64,000 bases of DNA from Acidimicrobiales bacterium (GCA_965117015.1 OZ220747.1:1931069-1995068), one strand, 5' to 3'; positions 32,177 through 41,546 are shown, counted from the first letter of the stretch. Numbers and translations: made by a program. The notes: generated by a model not told the origin, from the letters alone.

Positions 32177-33060
32177 CAGATGGCCCGCTGGACCTTGCCG
32201 AACAGGCCGTTGGGCCTCACGTAGAGGATGAGCAGGAACAGGGCGAACACCCAGACGTTCTTCACCGCAGCCGAGGTCCACACCTGTGACACCGACTGGA
32301 TGATCCCGATCAGGACGCCCCCCACGAACGCGCCGCTGACGCTGCCGAGGCCGCCGAGCACCACCGCGGCGAACATCACGACCACGAACCGGAATCCCAC
32401 GAACGGCGTGATGCTCTGGAACGTCACCAGAGCCGATCCCCCCACCGCGGTCAGGGCCACGCCGACCCCGAAGGCGATGCGGTTGGTGCGATCGATGTCG
32501 ATGCCCATGTAGGTCGCCGCCTCCCAATTCTCCGACGCGGCCCGGATGGCTCGTCCCGTGCGGGACCGGTTGAGGAAGAGGAAGAGGAGCGCGGCCACCA
32601 GCACCGACAGCAGGAAGGCGTAGAGGCGCACCCGGCTGATGAAGATGTCGCCGATGAAGTCGCCTGCATTGGCGTACGACGGCGCCACCACGCGCGGCTC
32701 CGACGAGTACCTGATGAGGATGAGGTTCTGGAAGATCAGACCCAGCCCGATGGTGAGTATCACCTGGGCGTCGTGGTTCTCGCGCTTGCCGATCACGAAG
32801 CGGATGAACATCCAGTGCACCGCCATCCCCAGCAGCAGGAACACCACGAAGACGGCGGGCACGGCCAGGAACGGGTCCAGGCCGAAACCCCCTGCGAACA
32901 GCGCCCACGAGAGGTACATGGCGAGCATCATGAAGTCGGCCTGCGCGAAGTTCACCACCCGCATCACGCCGAAGATGAGCCCGAGGCCCGACGCCAGCAG
33001 CGCATAGACGCCGCCGATCAGGATCCCGGGTACTAGGAACTGGAGGAATTCGACCATCAC
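32176..33060 (-). CDS. LivH-like ABC transporter permease
   Basis: 294 aa multi-TM protein with VNFAQADF and GGLGSVSGA motifs. Confidence 0.85.
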   Translation of the reverse strand: MMVEFLQFLVPGILIGGVYALLASGLGLIFGVMRVVNFAQADFMMLAMYLSWALFAGGFGLDPFLAVPAVFVVFLLLGMAVHWMFIRFVIGKRENHDAQVILTIGLGLIFQNLILIRYSSEPRVVAPSYANAGDFIGDIFISRVRLYAFLLSVLVAALLFLFLNRSRTGRAIRAASENWEAATYMGIDIDRTNRIAFGVGVALTAVGGSALVTFQSITPFVGFRFVVVMFAAVVLGGLGSVSGAFVGGVLIGIIQSVSQVWTSAAVKNVWVFALFLLILYVRPNGLFGKVQRAI

Positions 33061-33145
33061 GCCAACCCGCCCCGCCCCCAGTCAGTTGGGGACGGGGCCG
33101 GTCCCTGGGGAAAGGTATCGAGGACCTCGGGGCGACGAACTCTCG

Positions 33146-34744
33146 TCAGTTCCAGACGGGCTGGCACACTGCGAACTCCACCGGATAGACGGTGCACGGG
33201 ATCAGGCGCCCGTCCACCTCCTGCCACTGCGCCAGCACGCCGAAGTGCTGGTCGACTCGGCCGGTGGAGCTGAAGCTGATCGCCGGAGTCGGCATGAGGT
33301 CCACCGCGACGCCCTCGGTCAGCTTGACGGTGTTGAAGGCCGTGGTGACCGCGGCGGGGGAGGGGTCGCCGGACTGCTCGAGGGCGGCGGCGATCAGGTG
33401 CACCACGAAGTAGCCGCCGATGTGGTCCTGGCGGGCGTAGGGCTGGTCGATGGCGGCCGCCAACTCGTCGAACGCGTCCGTGCCCGCGAGCGGATTGGCG
33501 TACACGAAGGTCGACAGCCCGGCCACCTCCGGGCCGAGGTCGGCCCACGCCGGCAGCAGTCCCTGACCGCCGTTCTGGACCACCGGCGCGGTGACGCCGC
33601 GGGCGATCAACTCGTTCTGGAGCCCGCTCACGTCGCTGAAGGCGAAGGCGATGTTGAAGATCACGTCTACGTCGGCGTTGGCGATCTTGGTGGCCACGCC
33701 CGAGGGGTCGTCGAGCCCTCCCGGAGCCCAGGTGTCGGTCACCGCGACCTCGATCCCCCGTTCGCTGAACTCGGCGAGCAGAGCCTCCTGCAGAGGCACT
33801 GCCGCAGCCGATGTGGAGCCCACGACCGCCACTGTCTCCATCGTGATCCCTGCCTGGTCGAGACCGGGCTGGATGGCGTCGAGGATCAGGCCCTTGATGG
33901 CCGACGCCGGCGGCGAGTAGGCGAACACGTGGTTGAAGCCCTCGCGGTCGGTGACGGAGTCGGCGAAGCTCTCGGTGACGAACGGGATCCCGGCCCGCTC
34001 GGACACCTCGGTGGCAGCCAGGCTGAACGACGACAGCCACGAACCGGCGATGGCCGAGACGTCGGGCTCGTCGTCCAGGAGTCGCTCGACCGCGGTGGCC
34101 GCGTCCTCGGCGGAGCCGCCCGCGTCGTAGATGGCGAGCCGCAGCGTGGCGCCGCACAGCGACTCGATGCCGCCTGCCGCGTTGATGTCCTCCACCGCCT
34201 TGGTCGCGCCGGCGATCTCGGCGCTGCCGACGAAGCTGAACGTTCCGGACATGGGCCAGACGGTGCCGATGACCACCTCATCGACGCAGTTGCGGTCGTC
34301 GACGGCCGCAGCCGCAGCTTCCGCGGCCGCGGCCGCAGCTTCGGCCTCGGCGGCCGCGGCTTCTTCGGCTGCGGTCTCGGCGGCCGCTTCGGCGGCCTCG
34401 GCGGCCGCCTGTGCCTCCTGCAGCTGCTGCTCGAGATCGGCCACCACTGACGGGTCGACGCCCTCAGCGGACTCGGCCGCGGCCATCGCCTCAGCCAGGG
34501 CCGCCTCGGCCTCTGCCGCCTTGGCCGCCGCTGCGTCGGCTTCGGCCTTGGCGGCGGCCGCGTCGGCCTGCGCCTGCTCCAACGCGGCGGTGTCAGCAGA
34601 GTCGACCGCGGCGGGAGCGGGCTCGGTGACGGCGTCGTCCGTCGAGTCGTCGCCGCATGCGGCCCCGACGACGCTCAAGATCGCGAGCAGCAAGCACCAC
34701 CTGATCGCCTTTCGCGTTCCGTTCCGGGGTGGGGTCACATGCAT
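33146..34744 (-). CDS. Liv-type ABC substrate-binding lipoprotein with long Ala/Glu-rich N-terminal linker
   Basis: 532 aa. Signal peptide with Cys (VVGAACGDD). About 105 aa of A/E/Q-rich low complexity follow. Then a LivK-like domain (IGTVWPMSGTFSFVGSAEIAGATKAVEDINAAGGI). Confidence 0.8.
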   Translation of the reverse strand: MHVTPPRNGTRKAIRWCLLLAILSVVGAACGDDSTDDAVTEPAPAAVDSADTAALEQAQADAAAAKAEADAAAAKAAEAEAALAEAMAAAESAEGVDPSVVADLEQQLQEAQAAAEAAEAAAETAAEEAAAAEAEAAAAAAEAAAAAVDDRNCVDEVVIGTVWPMSGTFSFVGSAEIAGATKAVEDINAAGGIESLCGATLRLAIYDAGGSAEDAATAVERLLDDEPDVSAIAGSWLSSFSLAATEVSERAGIPFVTESFADSVTDREGFNHVFAYSPPASAIKGLILDAIQPGLDQAGITMETVAVVGSTSAAAVPLQEALLAEFSERGIEVAVTDTWAPGGLDDPSGVATKIANADVDVIFNIAFAFSDVSGLQNELIARGVTAPVVQNGGQGLLPAWADLGPEVAGLSTFVYANPLAGTDAFDELAAAIDQPYARQDHIGGYFVVHLIAAALEQSGDPSPAAVTTAFNTVKLTEGVAVDLMPTPAISFSSTGRVDQHFGVLAQWQEVDGRLIPCTVYPVEFAVCQPVWN

Positions 34745-34964
34745 GGCTGCTCCTTGGGCTTGTGGCGCCGGTCTGCTATCTCACGGATCGGCCGACGTTC
34801 CGACATTAGGCAGTCTCGGGGCCAATGTCAAAAAAGTGGTATCACTTTTTTTATCTGTCTACGGGCCGGACTCTCGCAGCGTGGTTGCGGTCATTCGAAC
34901 CTGCCCGCGCCAGAGCGCGCGAGCGGGCGTGGATGGACCTCGCCCAATCGGCCCGGTCGTTGGT

Positions 34965-34980
34965 GCTGAGCCGGCTCAGC
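34965..34980 (-). terminator. hairpin immediately after proX stop
   Basis: Perfect 16-bp palindrome GCTGAGCCGGCTCAGC, 7 nt downstream (minus strand) of the proX stop at 34987. Its two halves abut with no unpaired loop, so a hairpin would need the central base pairs to open. There is no U-tract. Confidence 0.45.
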
Positions 34981-34986
34981 CTCCGA

Positions 34987-36090
34987 TCAGCCCGCAGCCA
35001 GCGCGGCCTCGATCCACGGATCGATTGTGGCGCGGTTGTCGGCGATCCACTCGGCTGCCGCGGCCGCCATGTCATCGTTGGGGTCGGCGCCCGCGTCGAT
35101 AGCGACAGCCTGAACGGCTACAGCCAGGGGATCCATCTCGAAGTCCTCGAGCAGGCTGGCGGCGGCCGGGTTGGCCGCCAGGAAGTCCCTGTTGGCTGCG
35201 GCGGTGATGGGCGACGGTGTGAACATCGTCGTGCAGGGATCCTTGGTGCAGGCGTCGCCGACGGTGGAGATGCCGTCCTGGCCTTCCAGAGTCTGCTCCG
35301 GCTCGATGGCGAGCCACAGCACGTCCCGTCCCGGAACGAGTTTGCCGATGAAGGCCGCGGGCGTCCACACGTACTGGAGCACCGGGCCGCCCTCTGCGAA
35401 GCTGGCCTGGGATTCCGCGAACAGTGCCGAGTGGGTGGCAGACACTTGCGCGGCGCGGTCGTCCCAGCCGTTCTTGGCGAGGGTGTCGTTGATCACCTTC
35501 TGGCAGCCCCAGCCGTCGTCGCAGCCGTTGATGTCGGCCTTGCCGTCGCCGTCGGTGTCGAAGTGGGTGACCGCGTCGGGGTTGTCGAGTAGCTCCCCGA
35601 GGGTGCTGAAGCCGAACTGCTCCACGCTGGCAATATCGACCAGGAGGCCCTGCAGGGCCCCTGCCGCCATCATCGTGCCGATGAACCTGGCCTTGTCGCC
35701 GAAGGTGCCGCCGTCGGGGCTCTCGCCCTCGAGGAGAGGTGTGTGATTGATGGTCCACGCCGACGCCCACAGGTCGTAGTCGCCCTGGGCGAGGGCCGGG
35801 TAGAAGGTCGCCGGGGCGATCTCCTCCGGATCGGCGACGTCGTAGCCGAGCTCCTGCAGCAGTTGCTGCAGGACGTAGTGGTGGAAGTTGGCCTCCGGCC
35901 AGTTGCCTCTTCCCATGGTCACGGACACGCCCTCGCCGGGCAGCGCCATCTCGGATTCGGGTGCATCGGCTTGGGTCTCGGTAGCTTGCGGCACCGTTGT
36001 CGCCGGCTCGCTGTCGTCACCGCAGCCGGCCGCCAGCAGACCGAACGTCAGAAGGATTGCGGCGAATGCTCGCCCCGCGTTGGTGCTCAT
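34987..36090 (-). CDS. proX: glycine betaine/quaternary-amine ABC substrate-binding lipoprotein (ProX/OpuAC type)
   Basis: 367 aa with the lipobox LLAAGCGDD and an OpuAC-like body rich in aromatic residues (W/Y). It is divergent from proVW. Confidence 0.8.
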   Translation of the reverse strand: MSTNAGRAFAAILLTFGLLAAGCGDDSEPATTVPQATETQADAPESEMALPGEGVSVTMGRGNWPEANFHHYVLQQLLQELGYDVADPEEIAPATFYPALAQGDYDLWASAWTINHTPLLEGESPDGGTFGDKARFIGTMMAAGALQGLLVDIASVEQFGFSTLGELLDNPDAVTHFDTDGDGKADINGCDDGWGCQKVINDTLAKNGWDDRAAQVSATHSALFAESQASFAEGGPVLQYVWTPAAFIGKLVPGRDVLWLAIEPEQTLEGQDGISTVGDACTKDPCTTMFTPSPITAAANRDFLAANPAAASLLEDFEMDPLAVAVQAVAIDAGADPNDDMAAAAAEWIADNRATIDPWIEAALAAG

Positions 36091-36225
36091 CTTCGGTACC
36101 TCCTAGGTCATACCCCATTTCATAGCCTGAAAGCAGCAATAATGCAATAGCGATGTCTTCTTAGCTTTCATGCACCGACAGGCATTGTCCGACTAGGGTT
36201 GCGAGCCGCGGGGTGAGGTCTTGGA

Positions 36226-37461
36226 ATGGGACGTATGCCGACCAAGGTCAAGATTGCGAACGTCACGAAGATCTTCGGCGACGAGCCCGACGGCAAGGCG
36301 CTCGAGCTGCTGCGAGCCGGCCACTCCAAGGAGACCATCCGGGAGAGCACCGGCCATGTCGTCGGCGTGAACGACGCCAGCATCGATGTGGCCGAGGGCG
36401 AGATCTTCGTGGTGATGGGCCTGTCCGGCTCGGGCAAGTCGACCCTCATCCGCTGTGTGAACCGGCTCTACGAACCGACCGCGGGAACCATCACCGTCGA
36501 CGGGACCGACGTCACCGCTCTCAACTCCAAGGAGCTCCAGGCCTTCCGCCGGGAGAGCACCGGCATGGTGTTCCAGCACTTCGCTCTCTTCCCCCACCAG
36601 GACATTCGCTCCAACGTCGCCTTCGGGCTCAGAGTGAAGGGCGTCGAACCCGCGGCCCGCGACGAGGCGGCGGAGAGGGCGCTCGCGCTGGTGGGGCTCA
36701 GCGGCTACGAGGCCAGCTATCCGCGGCAGCTCAGCGGAGGCATGCAGCAGAGGGTCGGGCTGGCCCGGGCGCTGGCCACCGATCCCGACATCCTGCTGAT
36801 GGACGAGGCCTTCAGCGCCCTCGACCCGCTCATCCGCCGCCAGATGCAGGACGAGCTGATGGAGATCCAGGACAAGCTCCATAAGACGATCCTCTTCATC
36901 ACCCACGACCTCAACGAGGCGCTCCGGGTCGGTACCCGGGTGTGCATCATGAAGGACGGCGCCATCCACCAGATCGGGACGCCCGAGGACATCCTCATGC
37001 GCCCCGAGACCGAGTACGTGGCCGAGTTCGTTCAGGATGTCGACCAGGGCCGGGTGCTGGTGGTGGACACGGTGCGTGAGGACGCGGCCACGGTGCCGGC
37101 GAGCGGGTCGGTGGCGGACGTGCTCGACGCCATCGCCGGCCTCGGGTCGGAGGCGGCCCACGTGGTCGATCCCGACGGCCGACCTCTCGGCGTCGTCACT
37201 CGCCCGTCCGCCGAGCGGGCCCGAGCCCGCGGCGACCAGCGATTGGAGCCTCTCGTCGAGGCGGTGCCGGCCGTCACCGTCGACACGACGCTGGCCGAGG
37301 TCTACCAACTCTTCGGGTCGGGCCTTCCGCTCGCCGTGGTGGACGGTGACGGCAGGCTGATCGGGGCGGTTCGCCCTCTCAAGGTCCTGGCCGAGCTGGG
37401 CCGGGTCGAAGGCGTCTCCGAGCAGTTGCAGGAGACCAAGGCCCAAGAGGCTCAGACATGA
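36226..37461 (+). CDS. proV: glycine betaine/proline ABC transporter ATP-binding protein with C-terminal CBS pair
   Basis: 411 aa with GLSGSGKST, LSGGMQQRV and LLMDEAFSALD, plus a CBS-domain tail. Confidence 0.9.
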   Translation: MGRMPTKVKIANVTKIFGDEPDGKALELLRAGHSKETIRESTGHVVGVNDASIDVAEGEIFVVMGLSGSGKSTLIRCVNRLYEPTAGTITVDGTDVTALNSKELQAFRRESTGMVFQHFALFPHQDIRSNVAFGLRVKGVEPAARDEAAERALALVGLSGYEASYPRQLSGGMQQRVGLARALATDPDILLMDEAFSALDPLIRRQMQDELMEIQDKLHKTILFITHDLNEALRVGTRVCIMKDGAIHQIGTPEDILMRPETEYVAEFVQDVDQGRVLVVDTVREDAATVPASGSVADVLDAIAGLGSEAAHVVDPDGRPLGVVTRPSAERARARGDQRLEPLVEAVPAVTVDTTLAEVYQLFGSGLPLAVVDGDGRLIGAVRPLKVLAELGRVEGVSEQLQETKAQEAQT

Positions 37462-39428
37462 GTGGGCGCGTGCTGGCCACCAACTTCTGGGACAACGACA
37501 ACCTCGACGCCTGGGAGATCCCGTTCGGTCTGTGGATCGAGGAGATCGTCTTCTGGCTGACCACCCACATCAAGGGATTCCTCGACGCGGTGAAGTGGCC
37601 GGTGGACAAGCTGCTGGAGCTGATCATCGACAACCTGCTGCAGGACTGGCTCCCATGGCCGGTCGTGCTGCTGCTCTTCTTCCTGCTGGGCGTGGCCACC
37701 CGGAATTTCCTGGTGGGGCTGGGCAGCGCGGCCGGCCTCCTGATCTGCGGCCTGCTCGGCAACGAGTACTGGGATCTCACCATGGAGACGCTCGGGATGA
37801 TCATCGTGGCGGTGCTGATCTGCACGGTGATCGGCATCCCGCTGGGGATACTGGCCGCACGGGTCGACGCGTTCTGGAGCCGGCTCCGTCCCATCCTCGA
37901 CGGCATGCAGGTGATCCACCCCTTCGTCTACCTGCTGCCCATCATCTTCCTGTTCGGCGTCCGCCGGACCCCCGGTGTGCTGGCCACGCTGGTCTTCGCG
38001 CTTCCCCCCATCGTGCGCCTCACCAACCTGGGCATCCGGCATGTCGCCGCCGACGTGGTCGAAGCGGCCCGGGCGTTCGGAGCGACCGAGTTCCGGATCC
38101 TGCGCGAGGTCCAGATGCCGCTGGCCCGCCCCTCGATCATGGCCGGCCTGAACCAAACCCTGCTGCTGTCGCTGTCCATGGTGGGAATCGTGGCCATCAT
38201 CGCCGGCGGAGGCCTGGGCAAACCGATCCTCACCGCGCTGAACACGGCCGACATTCCCGTCGGCGCGTCCGCGGGTGCGGGCCTCTACTTCGTCGGGGTG
38301 CTCCTCGACCGGATCTCGCAGCCCGAGGAGAGCGACGACCGGCGCAGTCTCTTCGCGCGGATGCGCAGCGCCTGGATCACAAGGGCCGACCCGCAGGTCC
38401 CCGCTTCAGCCGGGATGCAGGCCGAGGCGGAACCTCCCGTTCCCGCGGCCGCGCCGGCCGCGCCCGAGCTGTCCGCCTCTCACCGCATCGGGGCCGCAAC
38501 TGCTCTCATCGGCGGTCTGCTGGCGGCGTTCTCGGTGCTGCTGACCTGGGGGAACGACGCCGGGCTGCTGTCGGGCTACGCCCGATTCGACGACAATGAC
38601 CTTCCCGGCGCTCACAGCGGGCTGGACGCCACCGGCGGCTCGTGGTTCGGGATCGTGTTCGGCCTCGTCGCCGTGGCCGTCGCCTTCGGCGGCGCGTCGG
38701 CGCTGTGGCGGCCGCGCAGCCGCGACAAGTTCATGGCCGGCGGCGCCGCCTTCCTGGCGGCTGGCCTGGTACTGGCCTCGCTGGTGGCGGCCTACCTGAC
38801 CGTGTCGCCTCGGGGCGACAACTACAGCCACGGCCCCGGCGTGTGGCTGGGCCTCCTCGGCGCGCTGATCGTCCTCGGCGGGGGCGCCGCTGCGGCCCTG
38901 CGGGTGAGGTCTTCCGACGAGCCGGCCCGTGCCAGTCCCCGCGAGTTGGCGGGCATGGTCGTGCTGACCCTGTTCCTGGTGTTCGCGGGAGCGTCGGGAT
39001 CCTGGATCCTGGACCAGCGCAGCGACGCCGCTCAGATCGCCGCGGAGTTGGCGGCGGAGGCGGAGGGCGCCGATCAGGGCGGCCTGGCGGCCGAGGTTCT
39101 GGCCGAAGCCCTGGCCGAGACCCGCCGCGTGGTAGTCCGCGGCTTGGACGCCGATGGTCCGATGATCGGCTACTCCGTGTTGATCCTCACGGTCGCATCG
39201 ATGGCGGCGACGCTCGGCCGGCTGGCTCGCAGCCCCGCCGTCCAGCGCTACCTCGGCGTTGTGCTGTTCGGACTGGGATGTGCCATCGCGGCTATAGGTA
39301 CGGCGTGGATCGCGACCTTCGTCCGTCTGGCGACCCAGGCGCTCTCACCCGGTGCCAGCGCATTCCTGGTGGTGGTCGGCGGCCTGATCGTCGCCGCTCG
39401 CGGCTGGCGCGCCAGCAGCCCCGCCTAG
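37458..39428 (+). CDS. proW: ProW-type permease fused to a roughly 350-aa multi-TM C-terminal extension
   Basis: 656 aa with an ATGA overlap with proV. The first roughly 290 aa are a canonical ProW/OpuAB (EAARAFGAT motif). The remainder has a Pro/Ala linker and about 7 predicted hydrophobic helices of unknown family. Confidence 0.85.
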   Translation: MSGRVLATNFWDNDNLDAWEIPFGLWIEEIVFWLTTHIKGFLDAVKWPVDKLLELIIDNLLQDWLPWPVVLLLFFLLGVATRNFLVGLGSAAGLLICGLLGNEYWDLTMETLGMIIVAVLICTVIGIPLGILAARVDAFWSRLRPILDGMQVIHPFVYLLPIIFLFGVRRTPGVLATLVFALPPIVRLTNLGIRHVAADVVEAARAFGATEFRILREVQMPLARPSIMAGLNQTLLLSLSMVGIVAIIAGGGLGKPILTALNTADIPVGASAGAGLYFVGVLLDRISQPEESDDRRSLFARMRSAWITRADPQVPASAGMQAEAEPPVPAAAPAAPELSASHRIGAATALIGGLLAAFSVLLTWGNDAGLLSGYARFDDNDLPGAHSGLDATGGSWFGIVFGLVAVAVAFGGASALWRPRSRDKFMAGGAAFLAAGLVLASLVAAYLTVSPRGDNYSHGPGVWLGLLGALIVLGGGAAAALRVRSSDEPARASPRELAGMVVLTLFLVFAGASGSWILDQRSDAAQIAAELAAEAEGADQGGLAAEVLAEALAETRRVVVRGLDADGPMIGYSVLILTVASMAATLGRLARSPAVQRYLGVVLFGLGCAIAAIGTAWIATFVRLATQALSPGASAFLVVVGGLIVAARGWRASSPA

Positions 39429-39477
39429 CGTCTGGGTGCCTATGTTTCCAATGTCGTCAGAGGTAGGCGACTCGCCG

Positions 39478-40470
39478 CTACCCCGCCCGGCGGCGGGTGC
39501 GGCGGCGGGCCAGGCGGTCCTCGGTGCCCGGCGTGGTCGACGGGGGCGCGAGCTCGATGTCCGGGGGCGGCTCGTCGCCCCGCAGGACGGCCGCGATCTT
39601 GGCTGTGTGGGCCGGGGTGCTGCCGCAGCAGCTGCCGATCACGGCCACTCCGGCGGCCCGGGCCCGGTGGGCGTGGGCGGCCATCACCTCGGGGGTGCCG
39701 TCGTAGACGAGGGCATCGCCGCTCCACACCGGCACGCCCGCGTTGGGCTTGGAGATCACCGGCGTGCCCGTCGACGCCGCGGCCATCGCGCTGACGGCCG
39801 CCTCGGTGTCGGCAACGTTGTTGCCGCAGTTGGCGCCCATGGCCGCCAGGCCCAGCCCGCCTAGCCGCTCGGCCAGCTCGGAGCCGGTGACGCCCATCAT
39901 GGTGCGGCCGGCGGTGTCGAAACTCATGGTGGCGGCCACCGGAAGATCGCAGGCCGAGCGGGCTCCCCGCACCGCGGCCTCCACCTCGTCCAGGTCGCTC
40001 ATGGTCTCGATCCACAGCACATCGGCGCCCCCGGCAACCAGGCCCTCGGCCTGCTCGGCGAAGGCAGCTTCGCAATTCGCCGCCGACATGTTGCCCATCG
40101 GCTCGAGCAACTCGCCGGTCGGGCCCATCGAACCGGCCACCAGCAGCTGACGGCCCGTCCGCTCCATCTCGGCGTCGGCCTCGATGCGGGCGACGCGGGC
40201 TGCCGCCTCGTTCAGTTCGACCACCCTGTCCTGGAGGCTGTGCAGGGCCAGGCGGAACGAGGTTCCCCCGAAGCTGTTGGTGATCACCACATCGGCCCCG
40301 GCCTGCAGGTAGGCCCGGTGGATGGCTCGCACCTCGTCGGCGTGATGCACATTCCAGGCCTCGGGAGGGTCGCCGGCGCTGAGCCCGACCGCGAAGAGCT
40401 GGGTCCCCATGGCCCCGTCGGCCACGACGTATCCCTTGGCCTGGAGGAGTTCACCGATGGTGACGGTCAT
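39478..40470 (-). CDS. homocysteine S-methyltransferase family protein (candidate betaine-homocysteine methyltransferase)
   Basis: In-frame ATG at 40470 in track ORF 39478..41436. It carries DGAMGTQL, VITNSFG and the zinc-site GSCCGSTPAH. 330 aa. The upstream part of the ORF is antisense to tauD. Confidence 0.8.
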   Translation of the reverse strand: MTVTIGELLQAKGYVVADGAMGTQLFAVGLSAGDPPEAWNVHHADEVRAIHRAYLQAGADVVITNSFGGTSFRLALHSLQDRVVELNEAAARVARIEADAEMERTGRQLLVAGSMGPTGELLEPMGNMSAANCEAAFAEQAEGLVAGGADVLWIETMSDLDEVEAAVRGARSACDLPVAATMSFDTAGRTMMGVTGSELAERLGGLGLAAMGANCGNNVADTEAAVSAMAAASTGTPVISKPNAGVPVWSGDALVYDGTPEVMAAHAHRARAAGVAVIGSCCGSTPAHTAKIAAVLRGDEPPPDIELAPPSTTPGTEDRLARRRTRRRAG

Positions 40471-40593
40471 GGACTCCGGTCCGGCATGTCGCAAGTCCCC
40501 TCGTCGTGCAGCGGTCCAAGGATGGTGGCCGCCTGCCACGGTAGCGCCCCCTCCCGTCGGCTCGGGCGCAGCACCAGCGGTACCCTGGCCACC

Positions 40594-41493
40594 ATGACCC
40601 TCGCCCCTGCCCGGCCGGTCGGCCCTCAATCCGCCCTGGAACTCGACATCAAGCCCATCGCCGGAGCGCTCGGGGCCGAGGTGAGAGGCGTCGATCCCGA
40701 CCGCCTCGACGAGCGGGCCGCGGCGGTGCTGCGCGACGCCCTCGAGACCCATCTGGTGCTGTTCCTGCCCGGGCTGGGCCCCAGCGTCGAGCAGTTGCGA
40801 GACATCGGCGCGCTGTTCGGCGAGTTGGAGGTCCATCCCTACATCGAGAAGGTCGACGAGGGCACCCCCGAGGTGTGCGTGCTCGACACGTCGGCCACTC
40901 CCAAGGCCGACATCTGGCACACCGATGTCACCTACAGCGAGCACCCCCCGATCGCCGCGCTGCTGCACATGGTGCAGTGCCCGCCCGCAGGCGGCGACAC
41001 CATGTGGATCAACTGCTACGAGGTGTACGACTCGCTGTCGGCGCCCATGCAGGCCTTCCTGGCCGGCCTCACCTGCATCCACGACGACGGCAAGCAGGGG
41101 TCGCTGCGGGCCGAGCACCCCGTGGTGAGGGCCCATCCCGGCACCGGGCGGCGCAGCCTGTACGTCAACAAGCAGCACGGGCGGCGCATCCCCCAGCTGT
41201 CGCGGCCCGAGAGCCAGGCGCTGCTGGGCTTCCTGTACCGCTGGCAGGAGCAGGTCAAGTTCAGCTGCCGCTGGCGCTGGTCGCCTGGCGATGTGGCGCT
41301 GTGGGACGAGCGGGTCACGCTGCACTCCATCGTTGACGACATCGGCGAAGCGGACAGGACCCGGATCCTGCACCGGGTGACGGTACTGGGCGACGATCCG
41401 CAACCGCCCGATGACGCTCCGGGGTGGGACCGCCACCGCAGCGACAAGACTGCGGCCAGCGGCTACTTCGGCATGGCTGGCTTCGAGTTCTGA
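40594..41493 (+). CDS. TauD/TfdA family Fe(II)/2-oxoglutarate dioxygenase
   Basis: In-frame ATG at 40594 in track ORF 40240..41493. HxD triad WHTDVTY and a distal His in RVTLHS. 299 aa. Confidence 0.85.
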   Translation: MTLAPARPVGPQSALELDIKPIAGALGAEVRGVDPDRLDERAAAVLRDALETHLVLFLPGLGPSVEQLRDIGALFGELEVHPYIEKVDEGTPEVCVLDTSATPKADIWHTDVTYSEHPPIAALLHMVQCPPAGGDTMWINCYEVYDSLSAPMQAFLAGLTCIHDDGKQGSLRAEHPVVRAHPGTGRRSLYVNKQHGRRIPQLSRPESQALLGFLYRWQEQVKFSCRWRWSPGDVALWDERVTLHSIVDDIGEADRTRILHRVTVLGDDPQPPDDAPGWDRHRSDKTAASGYFGMAGFEF

Positions 41494-41546
41494 GTCCCCG
41501 AGTGCGATTTCTGGCCCCGCAAGGGTGCCGGGTAGGTTGACCGGCC

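Noticed and set aside
32177-32908. Upstream 244 codons of ORF 30374-32908
   Set aside because: It overlaps livH in another frame with a junk translation. The LivM-type permease begins at ATG 32176, which overlaps the livH stop.
36128-36170. TGAAAGC ... GCTTTCA inverted repeat in the proX/proV intergenic region as an operator
   Set aside because: The arms are only 7 bp and are separated by 29 nt. No second copy exists and no regulator is nearby, so it could easily be chance in this comparatively AT-rich stretch.
40471-41436. Upstream 322 codons of the ORF 39478-41436
   Set aside because: It is antisense to the TauD dioxygenase gene. The methyltransferase domain starts at ATG 40470.
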